NCBI GenBank assembly: GCA_965153285.1 | Contig: OZ229112.1 | From: Podarcis tiliguerta | Lineage: Eukaryota | Direction: 5' to 3' (one strand) | Length of the DNA stretch: 64,000 bases | Shown: one piece after another, positions 36,301-48,358 of the stretch | Position numbering within the stretch: the first letter of the stretch is position 1 | Layout: the number at the start of each line of letters is the position of its first letter | The notes under the pieces: generated by a model | Told to the model about the DNA's origin: nothing | Databases searched by the model: none | The model's input: only the letters and a program-made list of their open reading frames with translations | Translations under genes and position numbers: made by a program

Positions 36301-38779
36301 AGGGGGGCAGTATATCTCTCATGAATCTCCTACAACACAATTATGTTTCAGGAAATGAATGCAGCTAAAAGTGGGATATTCATGCAGGTATAAGCTTGCC
36401 CACAAAATGCTAATTACATGGGCCTTTGGTCTGAGCCAGCAGGGCTTTTTTCTTAGGTTATGACTTCCCCAACCTCTCTTGCTCCCAGCAGTTTTCCAAG
36501 TGCCTCAAAAAACATTCTGAGGGTTGGGAAACGCTCCTGAATGGGTGAAGAATGGTACATGGAAAGTTGTGGATGTCTAAAAAGCAGACAGAAGCACCTC
36601 CTGTGAGCAGGATATTATTTTTTTGGTGATTTTTTTTCCTATTCAGAAGTGTCACTCGAGAGGCTTCTTGGAGAGCTGGGAAAGTCGCCTCCCAACAGCC
36701 TCTCACCAGCACTTTGATTGCTCCAGAACGACATCATGCCAAAGAAGAGGTTCTGATTCTGCTAGCCGATTTAACAGATCTTGGAAAAAGTTATCTTCCA
36801 CAATCTAAATCTGAAAATATGACTAGGCAGTACCTCTGCAAGTGGCATCATTCTGCAGTTTGGGATGGCCAACTGCAGCCTTATAAGCCTGAGGTCTTTT
36901 GGTTCAATGCCAAATCATATCTAGATCACTTGGTTGTTTAGGTCTCTGGTGTGAGTCCAGCCTCATCCTACCCATGTGGTAGATTTACTGTATTGTCCAC
37001 AAAACTTGCTGCACTCCCCCCCCCCCCCGATTTGTATTTTGCATAAAGCCTTTGGAGCAGGCCAGTTCTTCGGGGCTACAAATTCTTCTTTGCCCACTAC
37101 AGTATATCTTTTCACCCAAGATGTGTCTCAAGTATGTAAATTATTTGTAGCACATTTTGCTTGAGCTCAAAGTGGCATTTTACAGTTTATCTTAGAACAT
37201 TTGTGAACTTACTGGTTCCTTTTCAAACATAAACCGTGAAGCACCTTTTCAGCTAGTTTCTCAGGGCCCAACTAGATAGGATTTGCCCTTTCCTAAAGAA
37301 CATCCTTGACAGTAGCATTGAGAGCTTTTGGTTGCCTCGTTTCTGCTGTAGCTGCTTTCTTACCTGGAACAACCCTTTGATCTGCGAAGAAGCACTGTTG
37401 GGCAAACCCCATTTTTCCTTGCAGAGACAGTTTTCTTGCCATAAACAATATGAAGTATTCATACACCTCTGCCTATGTTATTTTGAAACTCACATAAAAC
37501 AATTATCATTTGACAGTTCTCACTTTATAAACCATGACAGGAGGAAGATGGGCAAAGCTGGCAGAATGAGAGAAAGTGGTCATCAATGGTGGGGGCAGGG
37601 AGTAATAGTGCTTAGAAATAAAGCACTAAAATTGCTACTGGACTATGCAAGGCTGGACTATTTTACAGTTATAGCCTGACTTTGCTCCAAGGAGTTCATG
37701 GTGGTGTACATGGTTCTTCACCTATCCTCACCAACAACCCTTTGAGGTAGGTTGAATTACTTTGGGGGTGGGATTCACACATAGAATCTAACATGGAGCA
37801 AAGACTGGTTGTTGGGACTCCCATCATCCCTGACCTTTGCCTTGGCTGGCTGGGGAGTCCAAAATCTGAAAAGTCACAGGTTCCCTCTTTGCATGTTAAA
37901 GAAATGGCTATCTGTTCTCCTTAACCTTGATCTCTATTGCAATCCGGTTTTCATAAGATGTGTGACTAGCAAAAGAAAAATAAAATACAGTGGATGGAAA
38001 CGGGCCTTGCTGTCTCTTCTTTCACCATCCTACAGATTCGCTGGCTATAAATGGAAGGCTTAGGCAGGCTGGAATCCTATGCTTGCTTACCTGGGAATAA
38101 GACTGCTAGAAGGCAGCGTGGCTTATTTCTGAGTGGACACATTGCAATGTCAGCAGCACTGCGCTAGGGAGGTCAGCGGGCAAGGTCTTCCTCTCTTTCC
38201 TGATTATCACACCTGCAATCTGAAGTGGTACAGTCCTGGAACAGTTTTACCTGGTCATCTACTTTTTGTGCTCCTGAGAAGACCCTGTGTCATACTTTTA
38301 TTACTCAGTTTGCAAAAGTGGTAATAGCTACTGCAAAATTACCACTTTTCGGGGCTGAAAATGGTAATTTGCAATAGCTATTGTTGGCCGCCACTCTATA
38401 CTATTTTCATCATGCTTCAGCAATCCTCAATAACTAGAAGAGATTCCATTTCTCATGAGGACGTCGATATTTGCTCCTTCAGCGCAGCTTCCATAAACGC
38501 TGAACGGCTAGGAGAGTAGCGAAAGGTGAACCATTGCATGCTGGTTGGTGTAGTTTCACAAAGCGGAAACGCCCGTCTCTTGAAGTAATTTGTCCCTTCT
38601 CCCACACCGTCCACTCCTCCTCCTTTCAGGCCCAGGGGTTTTTTCTCCCCCAACGTGGTTCCTTTATATAGAGATAGGAAAGGGAAAGCGAGAAAGTCCT
38701 TTTAGGGCTGTCCAACAGTTGTGCCTGAAGAAAATATTTATTGACTCTCTGAAATACAACTTCTTGCGTTAAGGGGGGG

Positions 38780-39340
38780 AAAGAGGGGCTTTATTAGACC
38801 AATATGGACCGTTAGAGGCAGAGTATGAGGGAATAGGAGGGTTTTCAAGGCATAGAGCGGAACATTTTTTTCAATCAGGCGCGATTGGAGGCGTCCCTCC
38901 TCGTGAGGTGAAAGGTCAGGCAAAGGGGGCCTTCCCCTTCTCCTCGCCCTTCCCCCACCTCCTGACATGCCAACCCAGCAGTCGGCGGCGGAGCAGCTGC
39001 GCGAAAGGTAGGTTGCGGGGCGCTGCTGGGCGGGATGGAACGGCGCCCCTCAGTAGGGCGGGGAGGTGGGGGCCAGGCAGGCCGGAGCCAGATCATAACG
39101 GAAGCAGGAGCCCCTGAACGCCTGTCCACCCTTGGGTCAGTGTCGCCTGGGAAGGGGGGGGGGTCGGTGGTCGGGCATTCAGTGGGGCTGTTCCTGGTGT
39201 GGGGGGCAGGTCTGTGGGGGGCGAGCTCGATATCCCCCTCCCCAGGCTAACCGCGAGGCGAACAGGGCATTCAAGCCACTCTGCGCCAGTCATTATGGTG
39301 ACCGCTGCATTCTCTCAGGCGTTGCTAACCGAGTCTGGAT
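38780..39340 (+). promoter_or_regulatory. FAM98A: FAM98A CpG-island promoter and probable non-coding first exon (donor AAG|gtaggt at 39007/39008)
   Basis: CpG island; CCAAT near 38799 and ATTGG near 38884; strong donor, then a polypyrimidine acceptor ending at 39400 just before the ATG. Confidence 0.7.
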
Positions 39341-39408
39341 TTGTTAATTGCAGGTTCTAGGTTTTTCCAACCCCCTTTTTCTTCTGTGCTCATTCTGAAG
39401 CCCCGGAA

Positions 39409-39461
39409 ATGGAGTTTGAGCTCATGGAGAATGACATCCTAGAGTCGCTGGAAGACCTCGG
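39409..39461 (+). CDS. FAM98A: FAM98A coding exon 1 (MEFELMENDILESLEDLG)
   Basis: gaaATGg start; CGG|gtatgt donor; matches the recalled FAM98A N-terminus DILESLEDLGY. Confidence 0.93.
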
Positions 39462-39839
39462 GTATGTATGAGAGCAAATATGTGTAAATAACTTTAACTT
39501 CGGATTTTTTTTAAAAAAAGTTTTTATTGGGGGGGGGGTTGTTATGTGTCCTCACCCCGTGTTTTGTGGGGCAATCACTTTAGTTTTGTAATCATCACTA
39601 AATTCTTGAAGTGTTGGGGGGGGGGAGTTGCGTGGAGGTGGGGAGGGGAGGTTAGTGCTCAGTGTTAGTAAAAGACAATATCTATAGCGGTTTCTTAACG
39701 AGATAACATTCTGCGCATTGAAAGATCCGTTCTCTTTGGCCTAGTAAACAGTCTCGAACCATATGATTCATTTCTGAAATAAAACAGCTGTGGAGATGAA
39801 CTGGATTGGAAACCACTAGGAGCTTTATTTTGGAGGAGG

Positions 39840-40050
39840 GTTTTGATTTGGACCAATTAACAGAATAACCTGATATTTTACCAAAAGCATCTATCATTTG
39901 CATCAAGATGAATATACTAGTCTGAGGTTCCGAAATGAACAAAAGTATATCATCTGCCAATAAAACTAACTTAAGTTCAACTGAATTATGAACTGCTTTG
40001 TGAATCTTAGTGTTGTCTAATAGCACTAAAAATGGTTGAAAATACAAATC
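39840..40050 (-). mobile_element. L1/Tx1-type LINE RT fragment in a FAM98A intron
   Basis: LADDILLFISEP...FGKISGYSVNWSKS resembles the L1 RT (Y/F)ADD...F...SGY.IN..KS region. Confidence 0.75.
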
Positions 40051-40573
40051 AACCATCTGCCTCCACCACCTTTCAAGGCATCACAAGATCACAGAGTATT
40101 TGGTGTTACTGCCCTGTGCTGTGCATGAAGGCAGGGCCACATCCATTCAGCAGGCTTAAAAAAAATATCAGGCAGTCCAGCATCATTTTAAAAACCTCCA
40201 CAAAGAAATTTCTACAATGTTGACTCCCCACCACCACCTCAGTGCTCCTTCTCCATAATATTTACTGTTATTCCCTATAAATATATTCTACAATATGAAT
40301 CAGTTGTCATTCATCCTTCCCTTTTAGCACAAAGTATTTCTCATGCTGCAGCCCTACACATATGTAAAAGTAAGCCTAAATGAACACAGTGAGACATAGT
40401 ACCAAGGAAACCTGCCTAGACTAATGTTAATCATGCTTTAGCCTTTTCTATGAGGCAAGTGTGATGCTCCATTTATGTGGTGTGGGGACTAGTAAGGCTA
40501 TTTCTCTCTTGTACCCACACCATTAAAAGCATACTGTACAAAAGGTTCTCATTGCTTTTGGAACATTTCTCTA

Positions 40574-40597
40574 GCTGCTGCTGCTGCTGCTGCTGCT
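40574..40597. repeat. (GCT)8 intronic microsatellite
   Basis: Read directly. Confidence 0.9.
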
Positions 40598-41555
40598 TTT
40601 TTGTAAGATGGCACAATTCCTGTAGTTTTTGTTTTGATTTGTTTGGCTTTTCAGGAAAAAAAGATGATGAGCTAGCAAGTATTTAGAAATACCTGCTGCA
40701 GAAAATTTTAAAATGCCTGCAACAGAGGATTTTGCTTACTGTTGCAAATCTTCTGAGTTTTCTGTAAATAGTAGTAATAGATAATAATACACTATGAATG
40801 GTAAGGAATTTTGTCGTGTGTGTTCTCAAAAACAAATTTGTTTGCATTATTCAGTAAAGACCTGGATTGGGATCCAAAGAAGTGCTGAAAGTGCATGCAT
40901 GGGGTAGTACTGTGAGTACAGTGGTTCCCAGTTTGGAAGAGAAAAGCTGCTTTTAAAGCAGAACAGGGGCTTATCTCTTTGGCATTGTTATGGCTGGCTG
41001 GGCAGTTGTCCCAAAACATCTGCATCAGTTCTTTGAATTCTCTCCTTGATTCTGTTGTTCAGGGACGTGGTGGTGGGGAGAAGTAGCATGCTAGTGCAGC
41101 CAAAAATGAATGTATATTTCCCCCTTATCTTCACTACTATACTTTTATTGTTGTTTAGATGTATCTTACATCTCCAGTCTAAATGCAATCCAGCAGCTGA
41201 CAAAAAGAGGACAGTTCCTTGCTCCAAGGAGCTTATAATCTAAACTTTGCAAGGGCAAGGAGCAGCAGAGGAAGGACCAAAGGGAGAAAGGGCATCAAAC
41301 ATTAGGGAGAAGAAGGAATGAGAGAGATAATTATAACAAGGGAAAATTGTGAGCAAAAAAATAAAGATGCTGATGAGGATATAGACTTCAATTCAAAGCA
41401 TGCTAATTTGAAGGAAGTGCCTTTGAAATCACTGGTGGTCCAGATAAATATATTGAAGTGTTAGTGGTGTTATCACCAAATATGCATGGATTACATACCT
41501 CAGAAATTGTACAGTGGCTTTTAATAACATGTTCTTATTTTTGTTTGTTTGCCAG

Positions 41556-41704
41556 TTACAAAGGCCCATTGTTAGAAGACGGTGCTCTGACCCAGGCAGC
41601 TTCTGGGGGGGCCAGTTCCCCTGAATATACTAAACTCTGTGCTTGGCTAGTGTCAGAGTTAAGGCTATTTTGCAAACTAGAAGAAAATGTACAAGCGACT
41701 AACA
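41556..41704 (+). CDS. FAM98A: FAM98A coding exon 2 (YKGPLLEDGAL...KLEENVQATN)
   Basis: gtttgccag acceptor, ACA|gtgagt donor. Confidence 0.95.
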
Positions 41705-42184
41705 GTGAGTAATCATGAGTCTGACACCATTGATTTATTTGTGTCTTTCATATTAACTCTGAAAACATGTGCTGGTATAGATGCTTCCAAAACTGATGTG
41801 GAAGGTTTTTCATATGCAAGTTGAACTTCTCAGGAAGCTGAATACTGTGCCCAATGCCACATTCTGTTTTTGCCTACATACCCATGGAATCAATTTTACT
41901 AGTTGTCTTCTACTATATTTTGTACAAGTGAGCTTTTTTTTTTTTTAAGTGTTCATTTGAAGACACTATTTTTGCCATTCTGTACCACCTGAGTTTTTAA
42001 TTTTGTTTGAAATGTTAATCATATTTTTTGGGTTTTTTAAAAAAGAAAATAGGCTATTTTAATCTTCAACCGTGAATCTTGATAACATGTATGGAAGCAG
42101 TCTCTTCATAATGTAACTTTGTCTTAACTCATGGCAAAGAGTTAATAGTTGAACCTCTTAAATTAAAATGATCTGTGTCTTAAG

Positions 42185-42319
42185 GTCCCACCGAAGCAGA
42201 TGAGTTCCAGCTTGAAATGAGTGGGTTACTGGGTGAAATGAACTGCCCATATACAACACTAATATCAGGAGACGTCACCAAGCGCCTTCTCAGTCAGAAG
42301 AACTGCCTGCTGCTGCTCA
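42185..42319 (+). CDS. FAM98A: FAM98A coding exon 3 (SPTEADEFQLEMSGLLGEMNCPY...KNCLLLL)
   Basis: tcttaag acceptor, TCA|gtaagt donor; phase 1 to 1. Confidence 0.94.
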
Positions 42320-42734
42320 GTAAGTTGAAAATAACAAAATATTTTTGTTCCTTTTTGTGCCACTGTGGAGATAATTAGGACACTTGTCCTTTCGCTGATG
42401 CTTCTTAAGAACTTATGATACTATGATATTTAGAAAGAGAATATAGTCGGATCTGTTGAAGCTTTGGATTCATATCGTCTGTATCGTATTGGAAACTGTC
42501 CAAGTAAAAACAACAACCACCAAGCATTTTTCTCTTTGCTTCTTATGAACAAACTTTGTCAGCATTTGAAAGTGAAAAGACATCTCATTCAGAAGTGATG
42601 TAGGAAGGAATAGCTGCTCTCCCCAGCTATAAGAACCATCCTGCTCTTGGGAGAGATCTAGCTCCCCCCCCCCACCCTATTTGTGCTTTCTCTGTGCTGT
42701 CTTAGTACAGAGTTGTAATTGATATTTATGTTAA

Positions 42735-42858
42735 TAGAATCATAGAATTGGAAGGGACCACAAGAGTCATCTAGTCCAACCCCTTGCAATGCAGGAATCT
42801 TTTGCCCAGCATTGCGCTTGAACCCATAATCCTGAGATTAAAAGTCTCACGCTCTACC
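42735..42858 (-). mobile_element. tRNA-Lys-derived SINE with a CR1-type 3' tail
   Basis: Minus strand ggtagagcgtgagacttttaatctcagg..gggttcaag (tRNA-Lys-like), then ggactagatgac...tcccttccaattctatgattcta (CR1 tail). Confidence 0.75.
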
Positions 42859-43145
42859 ATATTCTTATGTAAACTGCTTTGTGAGGTTTGCTTGAAAAGC
42901 AGTGTTTAAATATCTAAATAAATAAATTTCTGCAAAGGCATGCCGTGCTTGCTTGAGCACTGTTACTCTTAGCAGACCTGCCACTTGCTATTCTGTTTTT
43001 TTAGATCCTTCTCTTATCTGAATCTCACCTCTCATTCAGTTAACATAAATATGTTATGGAATCCAGAATAGTTTTCTTTATGTTCACAGCTAACTAAGGC
43101 AGATATTTGTTAAAAGGTGCTAAATTGTAGCTTTTCTTCCGCCAG

Positions 43146-43330
43146 CATACCTCATCTCAGAACTGGAAGCTGCCAGAATGCTCTGTGTGAATGCTCCTCC
43201 CAAAAAAGCCCAGGAGGGGGGTGGTAGTGAAGTCTTTCAGGAGCTGAAAGGCATATGTATTGCTTTGGGCATGTCCAAGCCTCCTGCCAACATAACTATG
43301 TTCCAGTTCTTCAGTGGAATAGAAAAAAAG
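43146..43330 (+). CDS. FAM98A: FAM98A coding exon 4 (TYLISELEAARMLC...FQFFSGIEKK)
   Basis: ttcttccgccag acceptor, AAG|gtaaga donor. Confidence 0.95.
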
Positions 43331-44873
43331 GTAAGAACTGAGGGTTTTGCAGTACATAGGCTTGAATCCATGATTTACAGCTGCCATCCTACTGCAGTGG
43401 AATGGCATTCTGAAGAAAGCAAGTGACTTTTCTGGGAGCATGATGGACTATGGCAAGAATAGATAGGTGGGAAAGCTCAAATGCGTATATAGAGCACCAT
43501 AAGCAAACCCTGGGATCCAAGCTCTCTTATTCATTAGGCTTTTGTTTTTATGTTTACTTAATAGATTTATATGCTGCTCTTCAGTAAACATATTTCAGGG
43601 CTGCTTACAAATAAAACAATAAGATACAACGAAAAATGCATAGTTTAAAGCAATGAATTTGAAATACTGGAGATAAAGTAGCATAAAACGTACAGTGGGT
43701 AAAATTAGGGAGTGAAAGGCCAGGAAAGGAAAGGTGCTGAAAAGACATTGGAATAGGCACCAGGCAAGCCACCTTGGAGAGAGCTTTCCATTAATGTAGC
43801 ACCACCACTGAGAGGGCCCTTTTCTTCCATCTCCCCCACCTTGCTGCATTTAGTGGGGACTCTTGGAGAAGGGCTTCCACGATGATCTTCGTATACAGGG
43901 TAGGCTCATTCTTAAGGACAACCTCCAGCAGTTATAACTAACCCCTGAGAGTGAAAAGTTTTTTTGTGTGTTGTGTTATGGCACTACCCACTGGATGGAA
44001 GCCTGTCCATCGGTATCATTATTTCTAATAGCAATGCAAGTTTTCCTGTGCTTGTGGCCAAAAATGTACCATCCATGCACACAAGACGGTATCAGTAGAT
44101 TTAGGGTTAGACTAAGGTTTGCAGATACTCACTTTTTTTAGAGGGGGAATCCAGTTTTTTTGTCCGGGGGGGGGGGCAGGGGACCGAATCCTCTAAGTGG
44201 CATGGAATATTGAGAGACTAAGAGAGGGTGGGGGGAAACTGTCAGTGGAATAGGATGGCTAGAAATGAAAGTTTATAAAGCACTATCTCATTGTTTGAAT
44301 AGGTCACTTCCTAGTTCACACTGAGAAGCTATTTTAAATTGTCTCCAGGGATGTGGAAGTGAGGCCTGCCCATTGATATTAATAGAGTGATCAGAAATTT
44401 TAATGCAGCTAGGGTTGGGCACAAGAACGTCCCCATTGCAAAACAAACAATCGGCCAGTGAGAATTAAGCATGCTCAGTGGGCAAAGAATGTGCACTGGC
44501 CGGAATGGAATGCAGCACCTGGAACCCTGAGCAGAAGCACTCACTGCAACTTATTTTCCCCGAGACATATGGTTAAGAGGCTTTCATTCTTGAACAGAGA
44601 ATTTTTTTAAAGCTGTCTGTCCTTCCCACATTAATAAGAGGTTGTTTACTTTACTGATGCCATCATGATGTTATTAAAGAATTGCAGAAGATTCTTATTT
44701 TAAACCAACGCAATTGTCTGAAAACTATAGGAATGTATTCTTTTGTGTAGCTTCTATTATGTATGAAGCATTCAAATTCCCTTCCAAATCCATATGTTTG
44801 GTGGGGAAGAGAGCAAGCATTCACTATACGATAATGTGCTATTCTATACTAACATAGTATATTTTTATTACAG

Positions 44874-44954
44874 TTAAAAGAAACATTAGCAAAGGTTCCT
44901 GCAAATCATGTAGGAAAACCTTTACTCTCAAAACCACTGGGTCCAGTTCATTGG
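44874..44954 (+). CDS. FAM98A: FAM98A coding exon 5 (LKETLAKVPANHVGKPLLSKPLGPVHW)
   Basis: ttttattacag acceptor, TGG|gtaagt donor; 81 nt. Confidence 0.94.
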
Positions 44955-45366
44955 GTAAGTCGAATGTCTGTAAAACTCTTTTTATTCTATCCTTGACTCT
45001 TTTTGTTTTATATATTTTCTTTCATGTACATTAAGCAAAACTGTGTGATGATTTTTCTCAAGGCCCAGCCAATTCTGATCAAGTTCTCAGTTTTACTTAG
45101 AGTGAAGCAAAATGCATTTGAGAAAATAGATTCTTGATTGTCCCAAGTTCAACACATCCAAATTCACAATTGATTGTTATATCTTGACATCCCTCAGGAA
45201 TGCAGGATGAGGAACCCCATATTTAAGGATTATATTAAACCATAATTAAAGAAGTGACGCAACTTGGGGCAGGGACAGTTCAGCAGTGCGTGATATTTAT
45301 ACACCTATAAATAGAAGGTTACAGAGGATCTGGGTCTTTAGACATCCTGATATGGGGAAGCTTTTA

Positions 45367-45619
45367 CAGTGGTACCTCTAGATAAGAACGGGATACGTTC
45401 TGGAGCCCCGTTCGCATCTAGAAGCAAACGTAACTAGCGACGGCACATCTGCACACACACACGTGTCGCTTTTCGCTGCTTCTGCGCATGCGCATGACAT
45501 TTTGAGCGTATGCGCAAGTGGCAAAACCCAGAAGTAACGCACTCCAATACTTCTGGGTTGCCACAGAGCACAACTCGAACGCGCTCAACCTGAAGCGCAT
45601 TCAACCCGAGGTATGACTG
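45367..45619. mobile_element. Tigger-like MITE, family B variant
   Basis: TA|cagtggtacctc ... gaggtatgactg|TA; similar to 55455-55689. Confidence 0.8.
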
Positions 45620-46484
45620 TACTCTCCAAGTCTTCAATGATGCTGAGCCATTGTTTGGCAGGAACTATAGCCCATCCTAAAATTAGTCTCGGCATCCCCA
45701 GTAGAGTTTTTAAGCAGGAGCTGCAGAGTCCTTTTTCTTATTCTGCAGCTAATTACTTGGAACATTTCATCTGATGCTTCTCTTCCTGGCATTTGTTCTT
45801 AATACGTATAGTTGTGTTTATTTTATAGATAAGAAAATGTAAACCTTGACCTTCCATTAAAGTCACAGCACTAATAGGAATATTGATATTATAGTTCTTC
45901 TAGGAATCAGTGTTAATTTTATCAATTTGGATTTAAAACTTTTGAGTCTTTATGGAACTGTTGTGTTCTTGATTGTCAGCAAGATGAAGGCTACTTTAAT
46001 TCTAGAATTTTCAAAATTTTAACATCTTTGAGGTAGTGCTGGAGGATACAATGCTGTCTTCCACTGAGAAACACCATGGGACTTTTCCCTCTTCTGTTAT
46101 TTGCATGTCAAGTAAATGTGAATTGAATGATGGATTAACCACCAAGGTCTGGTCTGCATGTAACACTTGTGGCTGCATAAACCGTAGTTGTTCAAGCCAG
46201 GAAAATTTTTTGACTCTTGTACTCTCCCTTAGCTTCCCCCTCTTGCTCAGTGACTTTGACTGTTCAGTCCTGACCTCTTTAAAGTATGGTTTTCTGTTAC
46301 ATCCAAAATGGGGAGTAGTCATTTGATGTTGGTTTACTTGCCAGGAATCAGACCGTGCTTTAAAATTGTAGCCAGTAAACTAACATTAATCTGCAAGTCC
46401 CCAATACAGTGGAACCAGGGAGCTATGGTGTTAAGAGACATGGCTGAGAACCAGTGTAATATGTGATATGCATTTTTATTTCAG

Positions 46485-46601
46485 GAAAAAATTGAAGCTA
46501 TTAATCAAGCCATAGCCAATGAATATGAAGTCCGGAGGAAATTGTTAGTGAAGCGTCTGGATGTGACTGTCCAGTCGTTTGGCTGGTCAGATCGAGCAAA
46601 G
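46485..46601 (+). CDS. FAM98A: FAM98A coding exon 6 (EKIEAINQAIANEYEVRRKLLVKRLDVTVQSFGWSDRAK)
   Basis: ttttatttcag acceptor, AAG|gtacag donor. Confidence 0.95.
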
Positions 46602-47361
46602 GTACAGTGTACATTCTGCAACTTACTTTGGCCGTGCAAAGAACTTTTTTTTCTCTGTCTGCCAAAAAACCTCTCTGATGGCGCTAATGAATATACTAAG
46701 CACTTTTGTTTAAAGCTTATATTTCATTTGGTAACTCTTTTGTTGACACTTAGGAGTAAATTTAATCATCAGCTGTGTACTTGTGCTAGGGGCAAGTGAA
46801 AACTTCAGTGTAGCTCACTGCGTATCTGCATTTCACATGTGTTGCCAGTATAAGAATGTCATCGCGAAAGGATTATTAGCACTTTGCACTTTTCCGCTTC
46901 TAATTGAACAGTTACCCTATAGCATTGCTAATCATTTGCTTCACAAAATGTACCCAAATCACTATATTACAGTGCCTCATAAATATTTATTTTGAACCAT
47001 TTTTTCTCAGGAGAGCTGTAAATGGGGGAAACTGCAGTTTTAAAATGCAGTCTGAACAAGTTTCAGAAATGCAGAATGAGATACAGACTTGGAAAATGGT
47101 TGGCAAAATAGGTAGAGGAAGAACAAAATAACATTGGAGAGAACTTCGAAGCTGGATTTACACCTTATTTATACAAGCTGGTATATTGTCCCATTAGGCA
47201 CTTTCCCATCAGCTCATACAGCATTTCTCATGAATTGTTAGTTGCCTGCCATGTGGGCCTTGATCTGTCCTTGGAGCTGTTGTTGTTTAAATTGGTAAAT
47301 AATTAATTTTTAGCTGAATGTTTGTTTACATCTGTTGACTCTCTTCTTTTTTGGATCACAG

Positions 47362-47529
47362 AGCCAAACAGAGAAATTGGCTAAAGTCTACCAGCCGAAG
47401 CGTGCCACCCTTACTACCAAATGCGCTATATCTGTCGCTCACCTCTTGGCAGCTCGGCAAGACTTGTCAAAGATTATGAGGACGAGCAGCGGGTCCATCA
47501 GAGAAAAGACTGCATGTGCTATTAATAAG
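47362..47529 (+). CDS. FAM98A: FAM98A coding exon 7 (SQTEKLAKVYQPKR...REKTACAINK)
   Basis: ggatcacag acceptor, AAG|gtaccc donor. Confidence 0.94.
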
Positions 47530-47742
47530 GTACCCTTGTTACATTGATATAATTTAGTTCCTACTGTGCTGTGGATATTAAATAACTTGATAGGGAAATT
47601 TTTGCATGCTTTCAGCACATACAATGCACACTCTGTTTTGCCTCTCCCTTCCTTTTACCAGGTTTCAGTGCCAACTGTTCAACCTGCTACATTGCACAGG
47701 AGTTGTTAACTGTTCTGTGTCACATGTTGATATAGCACAGAG

Positions 47743-47876
47743 CAGGGTTCTTCAACCATGGGGCCCCAATTATGTTGGATTGCACCTCCCGTCCTCCCTG
47801 ACCATTGGTTAAGGTGGCTGGGGATGGTGGGAGTTGTAGTCCAACAACACCAGGGACCTAAGGTTGAAGAGCTCTG
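47743..47876. mobile_element. Short palindromic hAT-like MITE
   Basis: TIR cagggttcttcaacc / ggttgaagagctctg; TSD gcacagag / gcagagag. Confidence 0.75.
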
Positions 47877-47996
47877 GCAGAGAGGATCAGCCTTTTTGAG
47901 TTAAAAACATCCCTATATTTGAGAATGAGGTCCTTGTTTACTTAAGAGTATTTTCAGGTATTATTTTGCTAAAGGTTATTGGCAAAAGTCTAGGTA

Positions 47997-48358
47997 AGGT
48001 AAAAGGTAAAGGTACCCCTGCCCGTACGGGTCAGTCTTGACAGACTCTAGGGTTGTGCGCTCATCTCATTCTAGAGGTCGGGGGCCAATGCTGTCCAGAG
48101 ACACTTCCGGGTCACGTGGCCAGCATGACAAAGCCGCATCTGGCGAGCCAGTGCAGCACAAGGAAACACTGTTTACCTTCCCACCAGTAAGCGGTCCCTA
48201 TTTATCTACTTGCACCCGGGGGTGCTTTCGAACTGCTAGGTTGGCAGGCGCTGGGACCGAGCAACAGGAGCGCACCCCGCCACGGGGATTCGAACCGCCG
48301 ACCTTTTGATCGGCAAGCCCTAGGCGCTGAGGCTTTTACCCACAGTGCCACCCGCGTC
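47997..48358 (-). mobile_element. Full-length Sauria-type SINE (tRNA-derived)
   Basis: Minus-strand head ggacgcgggtggcactgtgg (A box) and ggttcgaatcc (B box); ACCTTT-type tail; perfect 14-bp TSD caaaagtctaggta at 47983-47996 and 48359-48372. Confidence 0.93.

Noticed and set aside
33380-36760. Scattered plus-strand splice-like signals between ZNF318 and FAM98A (donor near 33395, mini-exon about 35395-35435, acceptor near 36646), as a possible CRIP3 remnant or hidden gene
   Set aside because: No LIM-domain Cys/His pattern or coherent reading frame; not distinguishable from background without RNA data.
38738-39347. Cluster of short ORFs at the FAM98A promoter
   Set aside because: CpG-island artefacts upstream of the real ATG exon.
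42735-42858. tRNA-Lys-like sequence (also near 26250-26302) and the tRNA-like head near 48280-48358
   Set aside because: Incomplete cloverleaves fused to retroposon bodies or tails; these are SINE heads, not tRNA genes.
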